Shown: positions 10,098 through 20,746, numbered from the stretch's first letter. The stretch: 64,000 nucleotides of DNA from Clostridiales bacterium (GCA_016281915.1 JAEEJO010000069.1:26990-90989); one strand, 5' to 3'. The notes: generated by a model not told the origin, from the sequence alone. A program made the numbers and translations.

Positions 10098-10150
10098 AAA
10101 AAAACCATGCGGTGATATTTCCTTTCAGTTGTATCACAGTATGGTTTTTT
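10098..10150 (-). terminator. terminator downstream of the secA-HAD-rsmG unit (bidirectional shape)
   Basis: Long hairpin AAAAAACCATGCGGTGATA..TATCACAGTATGGTTTTTT with A/T runs on both sides. Confidence 0.7.
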
Positions 10151-10197
10151 CGATGTGCGTTTTAACGGATCTGTTCAAAATCCGTCGCCGTTTGTAT

Positions 10198-10893
10198 TCA
10201 CGAAATCGGTGATGCGGAAGCCTTGCCCGCGCTGCGGGGGTATTTTTCGGGAGTATTATTTATTTTCTTTATTACTACGATATTTCTTTCATCAGTGCCG
10301 AATATTTCCGTTTCGCCGCCGCCCAGAACGGCGATCGCTTTTTCCGCCTCTTCAAGCTCCGTTTTTGCCGTAACGGATTTAAGCGCGAGCATATATCCGC
10401 CCTCTCGGACAAGCGGAAGGCAGAATTCGGCAAGAACGCTCGTTTTTGCTACGGCGCGGGAAAAAACAACGTCGAATTTTTCACGCATATATCCTCTTGC
10501 GGCGTCTTCGGCGCGCGAGTGAATGGTTTTGCAGTTTTCAAGACCAAGCTTCTGAATAACGGCGTCAAGAAAAGTCAGGCGTTTTTGCAAAGAATCCAAA
10601 AGCGTCATTTCTATATCATTTCTCATGATCGCTATTGGAACGCCGGGAAAGCCTGCGCCTGTTCCGACGTCAGCGCATTTTGCGCCTTCTTTGATAAACT
10701 CTGTTTTAAGCGGCAAAAGACTGTCTGTAAAATGTCTTGAAACGATCTCCTTTTCGTCCTTTACGGCGGTGAGATTCATTTTTTTCGACCATTCAACAAG
10801 CAGCTCGCAGTATTCCGCAAACATTTCCGCTTTTTTATCGCTTATCTCAAAGCCTGCTTCGCGAAATTTTTCGATTATATATTCTTTATCCAT
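10198..10893 (-). CDS. rsmG: 16S rRNA (guanine527-N7)-methyltransferase
   Basis: The translation matches the GidB/RsmG family: LLVEWSKKMNLTAV, and SAM motif DVGTGAGFPGVPIAI. Confidence 0.9.
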   Translation of the reverse strand: MDKEYIIEKFREAGFEISDKKAEMFAEYCELLVEWSKKMNLTAVKDEKEIVSRHFTDSLLPLKTEFIKEGAKCADVGTGAGFPGVPIAIMRNDIEMTLLDSLQKRLTFLDAVIQKLGLENCKTIHSRAEDAARGYMREKFDVVFSRAVAKTSVLAEFCLPLVREGGYMLALKSVTAKTELEEAEKAIAVLGGGETEIFGTDERNIVVIKKINNTPEKYPRSAGKASASPIS

Positions 10894-11504
10894 TGCGCAT
10901 TCTGTTTTTCGTATTCTTCAACGGTTTTTATTATTTCGTCGGGTCCTTTTGTGAAAACGTGTCCGTGTATGCCGAGCTTTTGCGCCGCTTCAACATTCAC
11001 CTCAACGTCGTCAAAAAACAGGCACTCCTCGGCTTTGAGACCGAATTTTTCGAGCATGCAAATATATATTCCGGGCTCGGGTTTGAGCATATGCACGTCC
11101 GCAGAAACGAACATACCGTCCATAAGATCGAAGGCAGGGCTGTTTCTTTTGTATTTATATACTTTCAGCGACGCGTTTGTGAGCATATAAAGCTTGTAAC
11201 CGCGTTTTTTGAGCAAAAGTATCTGCTCATAAGTGCCTTCGACCGGCAGAAAATAATTTTCCCAGCCGTTCATAACCGTTTTGCAAAGCTCGTGATATCT
11301 TGCGGGCACACGCGAAAGAATACTTTCAATCGCTTCTTTTTCCGTCATAACTCCGCGGTCAAGAGATAGCCATTCTTTGTTTGAAAAGACCTCTCTGCAA
11401 AGAAAATCAAGCTCATCGGGGTCAGACGTAAAAAACGAGGCGATCCGTCTCGGGGTGTAGTCTAAAACCACGTTGCCCATATCAAAAATCAGATTTTTTA
11501 TCAT
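10875..11504 (-). CDS. HAD-superfamily hydrolase (subfamily IA, YihX-like FDxGNV motif)
   Basis: N-terminal IFDMGNVVLDY motif I and a C-terminal FFDD motif. Tightly packed after the secA stop. Confidence 0.75.
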   Translation of the reverse strand: MIKNLIFDMGNVVLDYTPRRIASFFTSDPDELDFLCREVFSNKEWLSLDRGVMTEKEAIESILSRVPARYHELCKTVMNGWENYFLPVEGTYEQILLLKKRGYKLYMLTNASLKVYKYKRNSPAFDLMDGMFVSADVHMLKPEPGIYICMLEKFGLKAEECLFFDDVEVNVEAAQKLGIHGHVFTKGPDEIIKTVEEYEKQNAQWIKNI

Positions 11505-11505
11505 T

Positions 11506-14241
11506 CTATGCGTTCTTTCCGTGGCAGTTTTTATATTTTTTCCCGCTACCGCACGGACAAGGATCGTTTCTGCCGACCTTTTCGGAGGCTTTCTTTACTA
11601 CCGGTCTGGGTTTTTCGCCGCCTGCGTTAACGTTTTTTGCCTCGTCTATTGTTGCTACGCGTTCGCGTTTGATCTCTCTTTTAACGATGCGCAGTCTGAG
11701 GCAGTCGCGCACGGTATCATATTTGATCTGATTGACCATTTCGTCAAACATATCATAGCTTTCAAATTTATACTCGGTAAGAGGATTTCTGTTGCCGTAG
11801 GAACGAAGCGCAACGCCCTGACGAAGATCGTCCATCGCGTCGATATGATCCATCCAGTATTTATCTACCGTGCGAAGCAGCACGATACGCTCGATCTCGC
11901 GCATTTTTTCGGGCGTGTTTTCGGTTTCGCTGCGCGTATATGCTTCGTTAAGTCTTTCTTCAAGAAGCGAAATGATATCCTGCTTTTTCAGTCTGTCAAA
12001 ATCGGCGGACGAGAATGAAAGATCGTCTTTTGAAAGAAGCATTCCGTCAAAGCGCTCGTGAAGCCCTTCAAAATCCCAGTTATCGGCGACCTCGGCGGCA
12101 AGACACTGGTCTGCGGCGTTATTGATGACGTCTTCGCCCATTTTGAGGATGTATGAGCGAAGGTCTTCCCCGTCAAGCACTTTTCTGCGCTGATCGTATA
12201 TGATGGTTCTTTGCTGGTTTATAACGTCGTCATATTCAAGGGTGCGTTTGCGGCGCTGGAAGTTTACGCTTTCGACCTTCTTCTGCGCATTTTCGATCGT
12301 GTTTGAAAGAATTTTCGCATCTATCGGCTGATCTTCGGGGATATTGAGCATATGTGCGATGGAAGCGACCCTTTCTCCGCCGAAAAGACGCATAAGGTCG
12401 TCTTCAAGCGAAAGATAGAATCTGCTTTCGCCCACGTCGCCCTGTCTGCCCGCACGTCCGCGCAGCTGGTTGTCTATTCGTCTTGACTCATGGCGCTCGG
12501 TGCCGAGAATGAAAAGTCCGCCTGCTGCCTTGACCTCCTGCGCCTCTTTTTCGGTTTCGGGCTTATACTGAGCGTAAAGCTCGGCATATCTCTTTTTCGC
12601 CGCGATCACGTTTTCGTCATCGGTTTCGGAAAAACCGGTCGATGCGGCGATATATTCGTGATCTATGCCCTCTTTTGCCATCTGCGCCTTTGCCATATAT
12701 TCCGCGTTGCCGCCGAGAATTATATCGGTGCCTCGGCCTGCCATATTCGTTGATATGGTCACGGCGCCTTTTTTGCCTGCCTGAGCTACTATCATTGCCT
12801 CTTTATCGTGGAACTTCGCATTCAGAACGTTGTGCGGTATGCCCTCGCGCTTGAGAAGCTTGCTGAGGAGCTCGGATTTTTCTATCGTTGTTGTACCCAC
12901 AAGAACGGGCTGGCCTTTTGCGTGACATGCCTTTATCTGATCAAGGACCGCTGAATATTTGCCCGCTTCGGTCTTATAAATGGCGTCGTTGTGGTCTTTT
13001 CTTATCATGGGCAGGTTTGTGGGGATCTCGATGACGTCAAGGTGATATATATCGTTAAACTCTGCCTCTTCGGTAAGCGCGGTTCCCGTCATGCCCGAGA
13101 GCTTGGAATAAATTCTGAAATAGTTCTGGAACGTGATGGTTGCGAGAGTTTTTGACTCGTTTTCTATCTTTACGCCCTCTTTTGCCTCGATAGACTGATG
13201 AAGTCCGTTTGAATAGCGGCGGCCGTACATAAGTCTTCCGGTAAACTCGTCAACGATTATTACCTCGCCGTCCTTTACAACGTAATCAACGTCTCTCTGC
13301 ATCGTTCCCCACGCCTTGAGCGCCTGATTAACGAAATGCTGTATCTCTACGTTGTCCGGATCCGCCCAGTTTTCAACGCCGAAAGCCCTCTGAGCCTTTT
13401 CCATGCCGCTGTTTGTGAGAACTGCGTTTTTGTGCTTTTCTTCAACGATATAGTCCGCGTCAACGTCATCGTAGCTTTCTTTCGATTCCATTTCCTTTAT
13501 CTTGAAAGGACGGAGCCTTGAAACGAACGCGGAAGCCTTCTGGTACATCTCTCCGCTTTCTTCGCCGTGTCCGGATATGATAAGCGGCGTTCTCGCCTCG
13601 TCGATAAGGATAGAGTCGACCTCGTCCACAATAGCATAATTATGACCGCGCTGAACCATTTCCTCTTTATAAAGCACCATATTGTCACGAAGGTAATCGA
13701 AGCCGAATTCGTTGTTTGTGCCATAGGTGATATCGCAAAGATAAGCCTCTTTTCTTTCCTTCGGCTCGACCTCGTGAGCGATAAGACCTACCGAAAGACC
13801 CATGAAGCGATGAATCTTGCCCATCCACTCGCTGTCGCGGCGCGCAAGATAGTCGTTTACGGTAACAACGTGAACGCCTTTGCCTGTCAGAGCGTTCAGA
13901 TAAGACGGAAATACTGCGGCGAGCGTTTTACCTTCGCCGGTCTTCATTTCGGCTATCTTTCCCTGATGAAGCACCGTGCCTCCGATAAGCTGAGTATCAA
14001 AAGCGCGCTGACCTATTACCCTTACGCCCGCTTCTCTTACTGCTGCAAAGGCCTCGCAGTGTATATCGTCAAGTGTTTCTCCCGCAGCAAGCCGCGCCTT
14101 GAACTCATCGGTCTTTGCGCGAAGATCGGCGTCACTGAGCGACTTGAAATACGGTTCAAGTTCGTTTATCTTTGCTATGCGCGCATTTATCTTTTTCAGC
14201 TCGCGCTGACTGTAAGACGCAAATAAATTAAAAAGCCCCAT
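11506..14241 (-). CDS. secA: preprotein translocase ATPase SecA
   Basis: 911 aa with Walker A MKTGEGKT and [20 protein letters not shown]-terminal zinc-binding tail [14 protein letters not shown]. Confidence 0.97.
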   Translation of the reverse strand: MGLFNLFASYSQRELKKINARIAKINELEPYFKSLSDADLRAKTDEFKARLAAGETLDDIHCEAFAAVREAGVRVIGQRAFDTQLIGGTVLHQGKIAEMKTGEGKTLAAVFPSYLNALTGKGVHVVTVNDYLARRDSEWMGKIHRFMGLSVGLIAHEVEPKERKEAYLCDITYGTNNEFGFDYLRDNMVLYKEEMVQRGHNYAIVDEVDSILIDEARTPLIISGHGEESGEMYQKASAFVSRLRPFKIKEMESKESYDDVDADYIVEEKHKNAVLTNSGMEKAQRAFGVENWADPDNVEIQHFVNQALKAWGTMQRDVDYVVKDGEVIIVDEFTGRLMYGRRYSNGLHQSIEAKEGVKIENESKTLATITFQNYFRIYSKLSGMTGTALTEEAEFNDIYHLDVIEIPTNLPMIRKDHNDAIYKTEAGKYSAVLDQIKACHAKGQPVLVGTTTIEKSELLSKLLKREGIPHNVLNAKFHDKEAMIVAQAGKKGAVTISTNMAGRGTDIILGGNAEYMAKAQMAKEGIDHEYIAASTGFSETDDENVIAAKKRYAELYAQYKPETEKEAQEVKAAGGLFILGTERHESRRIDNQLRGRAGRQGDVGESRFYLSLEDDLMRLFGGERVASIAHMLNIPEDQPIDAKILSNTIENAQKKVESVNFQRRKRTLEYDDVINQQRTIIYDQRRKVLDGEDLRSYILKMGEDVINNAADQCLAAEVADNWDFEGLHERFDGMLLSKDDLSFSSADFDRLKKQDIISLLEERLNEAYTRSETENTPEKMREIERIVLLRTVDKYWMDHIDAMDDLRQGVALRSYGNRNPLTEYKFESYDMFDEMVNQIKYDTVRDCLRLRIVKREIKRERVATIDEAKNVNAGGEKPRPVVKKASEKVGRNDPCPCGSGKKYKNCHGKNA

Positions 14242-14407
14242 TTGTCTCCTCCGTAAAATTCAGGCGTAATATATTTTAACGTATATTTTTCATTATATAT
14301 CATTATAGCACATTTTTCTTAAAAAAGCTATATTTATATGTAATAACTATTGAATTCTTTGTGATTTTGTTGTAAAATAAGAAAAAGAAATCAAACGGGG
14401 GAACAGC

Positions 14408-15943
14408 ATGGTAAGTAAAATATGCAGCGTGGGTCTCTGGGGGCTTGACGGATATAAAGTTGAGATCGAAACCGATTCCCGTCCGGCACAGGAGCCTGAC
14501 ATAGATATCGTAGGGCTTCCCGACACGGCGATAAAAGAGGCGAGGGACAGAATAGTTTCGGCAGTGGCAAACTGCTCATACAGAATACCTTCCGCAAACA
14601 TAATCATGAATCTTGCTCCCGCCGATCTGAAAAAAGAGGGAACGATGTTCGATCTGCCGATGCTTCTTGGTATCCTTTCGTCTACGGGTCAGATACCGGT
14701 CCCGGATGAAAATACCGCATTTTTCGGAGAGCTTTCGCTTTCGGGCGAGATACGCAGAGGAAGAGGCGTGCTTGCCGCCGTAATCGCTGCAAAAGAACTC
14801 GGTTTCAAGGCGATCTTCGTTCCTGAAAAGAACGCATCGGAAGGAGCGGTAGTTGAGGGAATAGACGTTTACGCGGCAAAAGACGTGCCGTCGATTATCG
14901 CGCATATAGAAGGGAAAATAACGCTTCGCCCGGTAAAAACGTCTCTTGACGGTATTTACCGCTCAGCCGCCTCGGACACGAACGATTTTGCTTATATCGT
15001 GGGTCAGCAGACGGCGAAACGCGCAAGCGAGATCGCGGCTGCAGGCGGACACAATATACTTTTTATAGGTCCTCCAGGCTCGGGAAAAAGCATGATCGCA
15101 AAAAGTCTGCCGTCGATCATGCCGGATATGACTTTTGATGAGATAATAGAAACATCGAAAATATATTCCATCGCAGGAAAACTCACCGAAAAAGAGCCGC
15201 TTTGCGTTACACGTCCGTTCGTCCGCTCAACTCAGAACGTTTCTATCCCCGGTCTTACCGGAGGCGGGGCAACGCCTGCGCCGGGACTTATCTCTCTTGC
15301 GCATAACGGCGTTCTCTTTCTTGACGAAGTGGCGGAATTTTCGCAAAAAACGCTTGAAACGCTGCGTCAGCCTCTCGAAGACAACATAATCACCGTAAAC
15401 AGAGTTAAAAAAAGCCTCGTTTTTCCATCGTCCTTCATGCTCGTGTGCGCAATGAACCCGTGTCCGTGCGGCTATTACGGTCATCCTACCGTTCCGTGCA
15501 AATGCAAAGAGGCGCAGATAGAAAGATATCTGAGCAGAATTTCCGGACCGCTTCTTGACAGAATAGATCTTCAGGTCGCCCTGCCGCCCGTTACGGTAAA
15601 CGATATATCCGAAAACAAGACGCTTGCCGAATCATCAGCGGAAATAAAGAAAAGAGTTGACGCCGCACGCAAAAGGCAGACTGAAAGAGAGGGGAAATTC
15701 GGTTTCAACTGCAACGCAAAGCTTTCGCCAAAAGCGATAAGAGAGCTTTGTCACCTTACGCCCGAAGCTTCCGCCGCGCTGAACAGAATAATGGAAAAGA
15801 CGTCTGTTTCTATGCGTTCATACGATAAAATCATCAAGATCGCGCAGACGATAGCAGACCTTGCCGCAAGCGACGTGATCCTTCCCGAACACATAATGGA
15901 AGCATCGTTTTTCAGGACTCTTGATAAAAAATACAAAAAGTGA
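14408..15943 (+). CDS. comM: YifB/ComM-family Mg-chelatase-like AAA+ ATPase
   Basis: N-terminal Lon-like domain, Walker A GPPGSGKSM, GVLFLDE, and a C-terminal Mg-chelatase subunit ChlI-like region. Confidence 0.9.
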   Translation: MVSKICSVGLWGLDGYKVEIETDSRPAQEPDIDIVGLPDTAIKEARDRIVSAVANCSYRIPSANIIMNLAPADLKKEGTMFDLPMLLGILSSTGQIPVPDENTAFFGELSLSGEIRRGRGVLAAVIAAKELGFKAIFVPEKNASEGAVVEGIDVYAAKDVPSIIAHIEGKITLRPVKTSLDGIYRSAASDTNDFAYIVGQQTAKRASEIAAAGGHNILFIGPPGSGKSMIAKSLPSIMPDMTFDEIIETSKIYSIAGKLTEKEPLCVTRPFVRSTQNVSIPGLTGGGATPAPGLISLAHNGVLFLDEVAEFSQKTLETLRQPLEDNIITVNRVKKSLVFPSSFMLVCAMNPCPCGYYGHPTVPCKCKEAQIERYLSRISGPLLDRIDLQVALPPVTVNDISENKTLAESSAEIKKRVDAARKRQTEREGKFGFNCNAKLSPKAIRELCHLTPEASAALNRIMEKTSVSMRSYDKIIKIAQTIADLAASDVILPEHIMEASFFRTLDKKYKK

Positions 15944-15974
15944 GAAACCGCAGTTTTGAGATTTTTACCACTAC

Positions 15975-16009
15975 TTTTCCACAGAAACTGTGGAAAACCC
16001 TGTGGAAAA
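15975..16009. promoter_or_regulatory. cluster of three DnaA-box-like 9-mers (TTTTCCACA, one mismatch to TTATCCACA)
   Basis: TTTTCCACA at 15975-15983 (+). TGTGGAAAA at 15989-15997 and 16001-16009 (reverse orientation). The first two also form a perfect 10-bp inverted repeat. Confidence 0.45.
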
Positions 16010-16134
16010 CGTTGAAAACTTCGTTAATTTTGCAGATTTTTGCCCTGTTCACCGTTTCATAGACAAAAAAATCGGATTTGTTACTTTTTCATAATTTTCC
16101 GTTTTTTTTACATTAATTTTTTGGAGGGTATAAA

Positions 16135-17592
16135 ATGACACTCTCTCAGATAGCCGAAATTTTATCGGAAAACGGCATTTTGCTGAATTTCGATTCCGTC
16201 AAAAAAAATAAAATATCACTTACAGAGAAAATTTCATGCGACTCCCGAGACGTTGAAAAAAACACGCTCTTTTTTGCAAAGGGCGTCAACTTCAAACGTG
16301 AATTCCTGCTTTCGGCGATCGAAAAGGGCGCCGTGGCATATGTTGCAGAAAAAGACTTCGGCGTAGACGTTCCTCTTCTTCTCGTTTCAGACGTGCGAAA
16401 AGCGATGTCTGCAGCCGCAAGAGCGTTTTACGGCAATATGACGGATTATTACCCGCTTGTGGGAATTACCGGAACGAAGGGCAAGACCTCAACGCTGTAT
16501 ATGCTTGAAAGCATTCTGCTCGAAAAATACGGAAAAGTCGGCGTGATCTCGACAAACGAGGCAAGGTGCGGCGAAAAAACGTGGAAAAAGACGGGAACGA
16601 CGCCCGAAGCCTTCGAGCTTTTCTCCATCCTTGACGGTTTCAGAAAGGAAAACGCGAAAGCCGCGGTAATGGAAGTTTCTTCTCAGGCGCTCAAATACGA
16701 CAGAGTAAGCGGACTTACGTTTTCTGTCGGCGCATTTTTAAATCTGTCGCCTGACCACATAAGTCCCACGGAACATTCTTCGTTCGAGGACTACAAAGAG
16801 GCGAAAAAGAAGATCTTTTCTCTTTGCAAAAAGGCGGTGCTGAACCTGGACGACGAATATGCGAACGAATTTGCTGACGCTGCGTCGGGAACAGACCTTA
16901 CATCTTTTTCACTCACAAAAAAAGGCGATATATACGCATACGATATTTTGCAGGACAGATACGGATCGACTTTTTCTATAAGCGGAAAGATAGCGATAGA
17001 TTCAGTAAGAGTAAATATGCCGGGAAAATTCAATATCTCAAACGCGCTCTGTGCCGCCGCGTGCGCTTATGAGATCGGCATTTCAGAAAAAGACATCAGA
17101 AACGGTCTTGAAAAGGCTCACGCGAAAGGACGTCTTGAGATATACGAAAAAAACAGCATAACGGTAGTTGTTGACTATGCGCACAACAAATCGTCCTTTG
17201 AAGCGCTTTTTGAGTATGCAAATACTTTTTATCCCGATTCAAAAATAATATTCCTTTTCGGCTGCATAGGCGACAGAGCTCTTGACAGAAGAGCCGAGAT
17301 CCCCTCGGTTGCGGCGAAAAACGCGGATCTTATCGTTTATACGACCGATGACCCCGGCACGGAAAGCTCCGAAGGAATATTCAGAGAAATCGAACCGCAA
17401 TTCAAAGAGATCGGCACGCCTTACGTTTTTATTGAAGACAGACAGAAGGCTGTGGAATTCGCCATAGACGCCGCAAAACCCGGCGACATAGTTATCCTTG
17501 CAGGCAAGGGCGGAGAAACAACTCAGCTTGTAAACGGGAAATACGTACCGTATATCGGCGACATGCCCGCCGCAAAGGCGAAGCTCGGATAA
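16135..17592 (+). CDS. murE: UDP-N-acetylmuramoyl-L-alanyl-D-glutamate ligase, MurE family (third-residue specificity uncertain)
   Basis: Mur ligase motifs GITGTKGKTST and DYAHN. The position of the DNPR motif reads DDPG (17347-17358). RBS GGAGGG. Confidence 0.88.
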   Translation: MTLSQIAEILSENGILLNFDSVKKNKISLTEKISCDSRDVEKNTLFFAKGVNFKREFLLSAIEKGAVAYVAEKDFGVDVPLLLVSDVRKAMSAAARAFYGNMTDYYPLVGITGTKGKTSTLYMLESILLEKYGKVGVISTNEARCGEKTWKKTGTTPEAFELFSILDGFRKENAKAAVMEVSSQALKYDRVSGLTFSVGAFLNLSPDHISPTEHSSFEDYKEAKKKIFSLCKKAVLNLDDEYANEFADAASGTDLTSFSLTKKGDIYAYDILQDRYGSTFSISGKIAIDSVRVNMPGKFNISNALCAAACAYEIGISEKDIRNGLEKAHAKGRLEIYEKNSITVVVDYAHNKSSFEALFEYANTFYPDSKIIFLFGCIGDRALDRRAEIPSVAAKNADLIVYTTDDPGTESSEGIFREIEPQFKEIGTPYVFIEDRQKAVEFAIDAAKPGDIVILAGKGGETTQLVNGKYVPYIGDMPAAKAKLG

Positions 17593-17624
17593 CCGATGCC
17601 GACCGCAGCGCTCTTAAATAAAAA

Positions 17625-17668
17625 CAAAATGATCCGCAGTCTCAGCAGACTGCGGATCCGATTTTATA
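17625..17668. terminator. bidirectional terminator between murE and the fucosidase gene
   Basis: Perfect 12-bp stem GATCCGCAGTCT-cagc-AGACTGCGGATC with an A-rich run upstream and a T-rich run downstream. Confidence 0.8.
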
Positions 17669-17670
17669 TT

Positions 17671-18912
17671 TCAATCCCCCGCAAGCTCAAGCTCGCCGTC
17701 AAGATCGATCTTTATTACCGTCGAGAAGCGGTGCTGCTGATCGCGCGCAAGGTTTATCCAGAGCTGTCCCGCAGCGTGGCGGTATTGCAGAGTTTCGTCT
17801 GAATGAAGGACGGATATGCGGTTTATCTGATTTTTAATGCCCTTTACGCAGAGATATTCGTCGGGTCTGTCGTAGGAAATGAGATAAAGCGTTTTTCTGT
17901 CCTTTGAAACGGTGCTGCCGCCGAGGAAATAGCGGTAGTCTATGCCTTTCTCTGTGCCGTAGACCGCCTCTTTGTTGTCCTCTATCCATGAACCGAGATC
18001 GAGTAAGATCTGCTCCTGCCTCGGGTCGATGGTGCCGTCCGCTTTAGGTCCTATGTCAAGAAGAAGATTGCCGCCCATCGTAAGGCAGTCGCAGAAAATG
18101 CGGATTATCATTCTTGAAGTCTTGTAATCGTTATCGTGTTTTCTGTATCCCCAGTTGTTGTTTATCGTCATGCAGAACTCCCACGGACGCGCGGGAGCGA
18201 TGACCGGCGCGCCCTGTTCGGGGGTATCGTAGTCGCCGTAGCCGCGAAGGCGTGAATTTATAACGATTTCGGGGTTTATGCCGTGAAGGTATTCCCTCAT
18301 TTCGGGGGCTTTCCACTGCTTTGCGCTGCGCTCCCAGTCGCCGTCGAACCAGATAAGGTCTATTTTACCGTAATTTGTGAGTATTTCGCGCAGCTGGTCG
18401 CGATCAAACTGCAAAAATTCCTCCCACTTTTCGGGATCTTCGGGTGCGCCCATCGGGCAGCCGTAAATATCGTTTTTATTGTAGTTTTCGGGACTCTGAC
18501 CTTCGGGGTAAACGCTTCTGTAACGGAGATCGGACCAGTCGAGGAGCGAATAGTAAAGACCTACCTTCATTCCCTCGTCCCTTACCGCCTTAACGTAAGG
18601 CGCGATAAGGTCTCTTTGGGCGGGAGTTTTTTTAACAACGCTCAGATCGCTGTATTTCGTATCAAAAAGCGCAACGCCGTCATGGTGTTTCGACGTTAAA
18701 ACAACGTAATTCGCGCCCGCCTTCTTAAAAAGCTTCGCCCATTTTGCGGGATCGTAGTTTGACGCGGTAAACTGTTCGCACTGCTGCATATACCGCTCGT
18801 ATGAAACGTCGCCGTTGTGAAAAGACCACGATTCGGACCAGTTGCCGTCGCAGTAAATACCGTAATGAATGAAAATACCGAGTTTTGCGTCCTTGAACCA
18901 TTGCTGCATCAT
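17671..18912 (-). CDS. alpha-L-fucosidase (GH29)
   Basis: The N-terminus WFKDAKLGIFIHYGIY is typical of GH29. Start moved to ATGATG at 18912, preceded by GGAGGA at 7-nt spacing; the track ORF starts at 18996. Confidence 0.85.
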   Translation of the reverse strand: MMQQWFKDAKLGIFIHYGIYCDGNWSESWSFHNGDVSYERYMQQCEQFTASNYDPAKWAKLFKKAGANYVVLTSKHHDGVALFDTKYSDLSVVKKTPAQRDLIAPYVKAVRDEGMKVGLYYSLLDWSDLRYRSVYPEGQSPENYNKNDIYGCPMGAPEDPEKWEEFLQFDRDQLREILTNYGKIDLIWFDGDWERSAKQWKAPEMREYLHGINPEIVINSRLRGYGDYDTPEQGAPVIAPARPWEFCMTINNNWGYRKHDNDYKTSRMIIRIFCDCLTMGGNLLLDIGPKADGTIDPRQEQILLDLGSWIEDNKEAVYGTEKGIDYRYFLGGSTVSKDRKTLYLISYDRPDEYLCVKGIKNQINRISVLHSDETLQYRHAAGQLWINLARDQQHRFSTVIKIDLDGELELAGD

Positions 18913-18979
18913 AATTTTATCCTCCGTAACACTGTTTATATCTGTTATTGATTTCGCCGCCCGTATATCCGTTCCGTTA

Positions 18980-20746
18980 TTAAACATTTGCAACAAGTCT
19001 GTTCTTTTTAAGACAGGGCAGAGATTTGAGTTCGCCTATAAATTCATCGAGATGCTCAGTATAGACCTGCCTCGGGTCACAGCCGTAGCGAACGCAGTAT
19101 TTTGCCGCGTAACCGACGACCTCGCCCATCATTCCGCAGGTGCGCATAACGCGCGCCGTTCCGAGAGCGTCGTGCGAAACGCTTATATCTCTTCCCGCCA
19201 TAAACATATTTGCGACGTTGCGCGAATAAAGCGCACGGTACGGTATGAAATAAGGCTTTTTGAATGGCTCGTGATAGTCTTTTGCGATAAACGCGTCGCC
19301 GTCACGAAAAGCCGAATAGTATCTTCTGTCAGGATAATGCACGTCGAAATTCCACGTTGAAGGAACGCATGAATCGGGATAGACCACACCTTTGTAAACG
19401 TCGCTTTTCGTCATCACTATATCGCCGAAAAGACGTCTCGATTCACGTTTTCCCGCAATATACGCCGAAAAACCTATCTTGTAGTTTTCATATTCCCCGT
19501 CCACGTTTTTCAGGGCGTCGAAAGCGCCGTACATAGCCCTGAGATTCAGGTCTCTTGTATACTCCATCTTTGCTATCGGATCATGTTCCATTCCGCCCTC
19601 CCAGAACCATGCGCCGAGATTAAATCCTTCAGGCGTGAACCGGTAGTCTTTATCGCTCCTTCTGCCGGGAAAAACAGAGTCGGAAAGATCTATCGCCCAC
19701 GGGCATCTCGGGAAGGTGTATTTTTTGCCCGTGTCCTCTATATACCACAGGTCGGACATGCCCATATGCCCGTTGGTTGTCACTTCAAAGTCTGCGCCCG
19801 CCATCGCGCCGAGAGCAGCGTCGCCTGTGCAGTCAGCAAACAGTCTGCCCTTTATATGCCGCCTTTTTCCGCCGCGGTAGTCCCATACGGTAACGCCCGT
19901 TATCCTTTCTCCGTCTGTTGTGACGTCGGTAAGCGCATTTTCAAGATAAAGCGTTATGTTCTTTTCGGCTTTAAGGAGCGCAAGCTTTGTGCCGTCCTCA
20001 TAATTTTCGCCCTTGTTTCCCGCGCCGCCGTGACCGACTTTCGCCTGTTCCATCTCGTTTATTATATTGCCTATGCCGGGAAAAGGTTCAAAATGAGTTT
20101 CTCCGCCGAGCCAGACGCGGACCTCAGAGCTGTTGTTGCCTCCTACGACGGGACGGTCCTGCACAAGAGCTACTTTCAGTCCGTTTCTTGCCGCGGAAAG
20201 AGACGCGCAGATGCCCGCCATACCTCCTCCGCAAACAACAAGATCAAATTCACCTTCATCCAAAGGCTCGACATATCCGCCCGAAGCATAAGAAAACATT
20301 TTTACTTCCTCGGGAAGGACAGGCAGAGAAGGATCTTCATTTCGCGACAGGACTATCATGCCTACGCGTCCCTCAAAACCCGTAAGGTCATGGATCGCAA
20401 GCGTGTGACGCCCTTTTTCAAGGCTTATTTTCTCTCCGCGCTGCCAGATCCACGACGATCCTTCGTCCCCGAATACCGTGCCGGTATTTTTACCGTCTAT
20501 ATATATTTCGAATATTCCTGGCGCATATTCGGGTTTCCACGGAGATACCCAGTTGAAGGTATAGACAAATATGCGGTATTCACCGCTTTCGGAAACGGAT
20601 ATTTCCGTTTTTGCGTCCGCAACGGGCTCGCCCAGTCCGTGAGCGAGAAGATACGGAGTACCCATCGTTTCGATGAACTGCGTATCCAGCGCCCAGCCTC
20701 CGGGTTCTTTTATTTCCGATACTCTGACAACTATGTTTTCCATCAT
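18980..20746 (-). CDS. FAD-dependent oxidoreductase (PF12831-like) with an N-terminal beta-sandwich-like domain
   Basis: Dinucleotide-binding motif DLVVCGGGMAGICASLSAARNG..VGGNNSSE, preceded by a domain of about 150 aa. RBS AGGGAGAG. Confidence 0.7.
   Translation of the reverse strand: MMENIVVRVSEIKEPGGWALDTQFIETMGTPYLLAHGLGEPVADAKTEISVSESGEYRIFVYTFNWVSPWKPEYAPGIFEIYIDGKNTGTVFGDEGSSWIWQRGEKISLEKGRHTLAIHDLTGFEGRVGMIVLSRNEDPSLPVLPEEVKMFSYASGGYVEPLDEGEFDLVVCGGGMAGICASLSAARNGLKVALVQDRPVVGGNNSSEVRVWLGGETHFEPFPGIGNIINEMEQAKVGHGGAGNKGENYEDGTKLALLKAEKNITLYLENALTDVTTDGERITGVTVWDYRGGKRRHIKGRLFADCTGDAALGAMAGADFEVTTNGHMGMSDLWYIEDTGKKYTFPRCPWAIDLSDSVFPGRRSDKDYRFTPEGFNLGAWFWEGGMEHDPIAKMEYTRDLNLRAMYGAFDALKNVDGEYENYKIGFSAYIAGKRESRRLFGDIVMTKSDVYKGVVYPDSCVPSTWNFDVHYPDRRYYSAFRDGDAFIAKDYHEPFKKPYFIPYRALYSRNVANMFMAGRDISVSHDALGTARVMRTCGMMGEVVGYAAKYCVRYGCDPRQVYTEHLDEFIGELKSLPCLKKNRLVANV

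Noticed and set aside
15975-15997. The perfect inverted repeat TTTTCCACAG-aaa-CTGTGGAAAA as the comM intrinsic terminator
   Set aside because: No U-tract follows the hairpin on either strand, and a third copy of the same 9-mer follows. I kept it as a DnaA-box-like cluster but cannot exclude a structural role.
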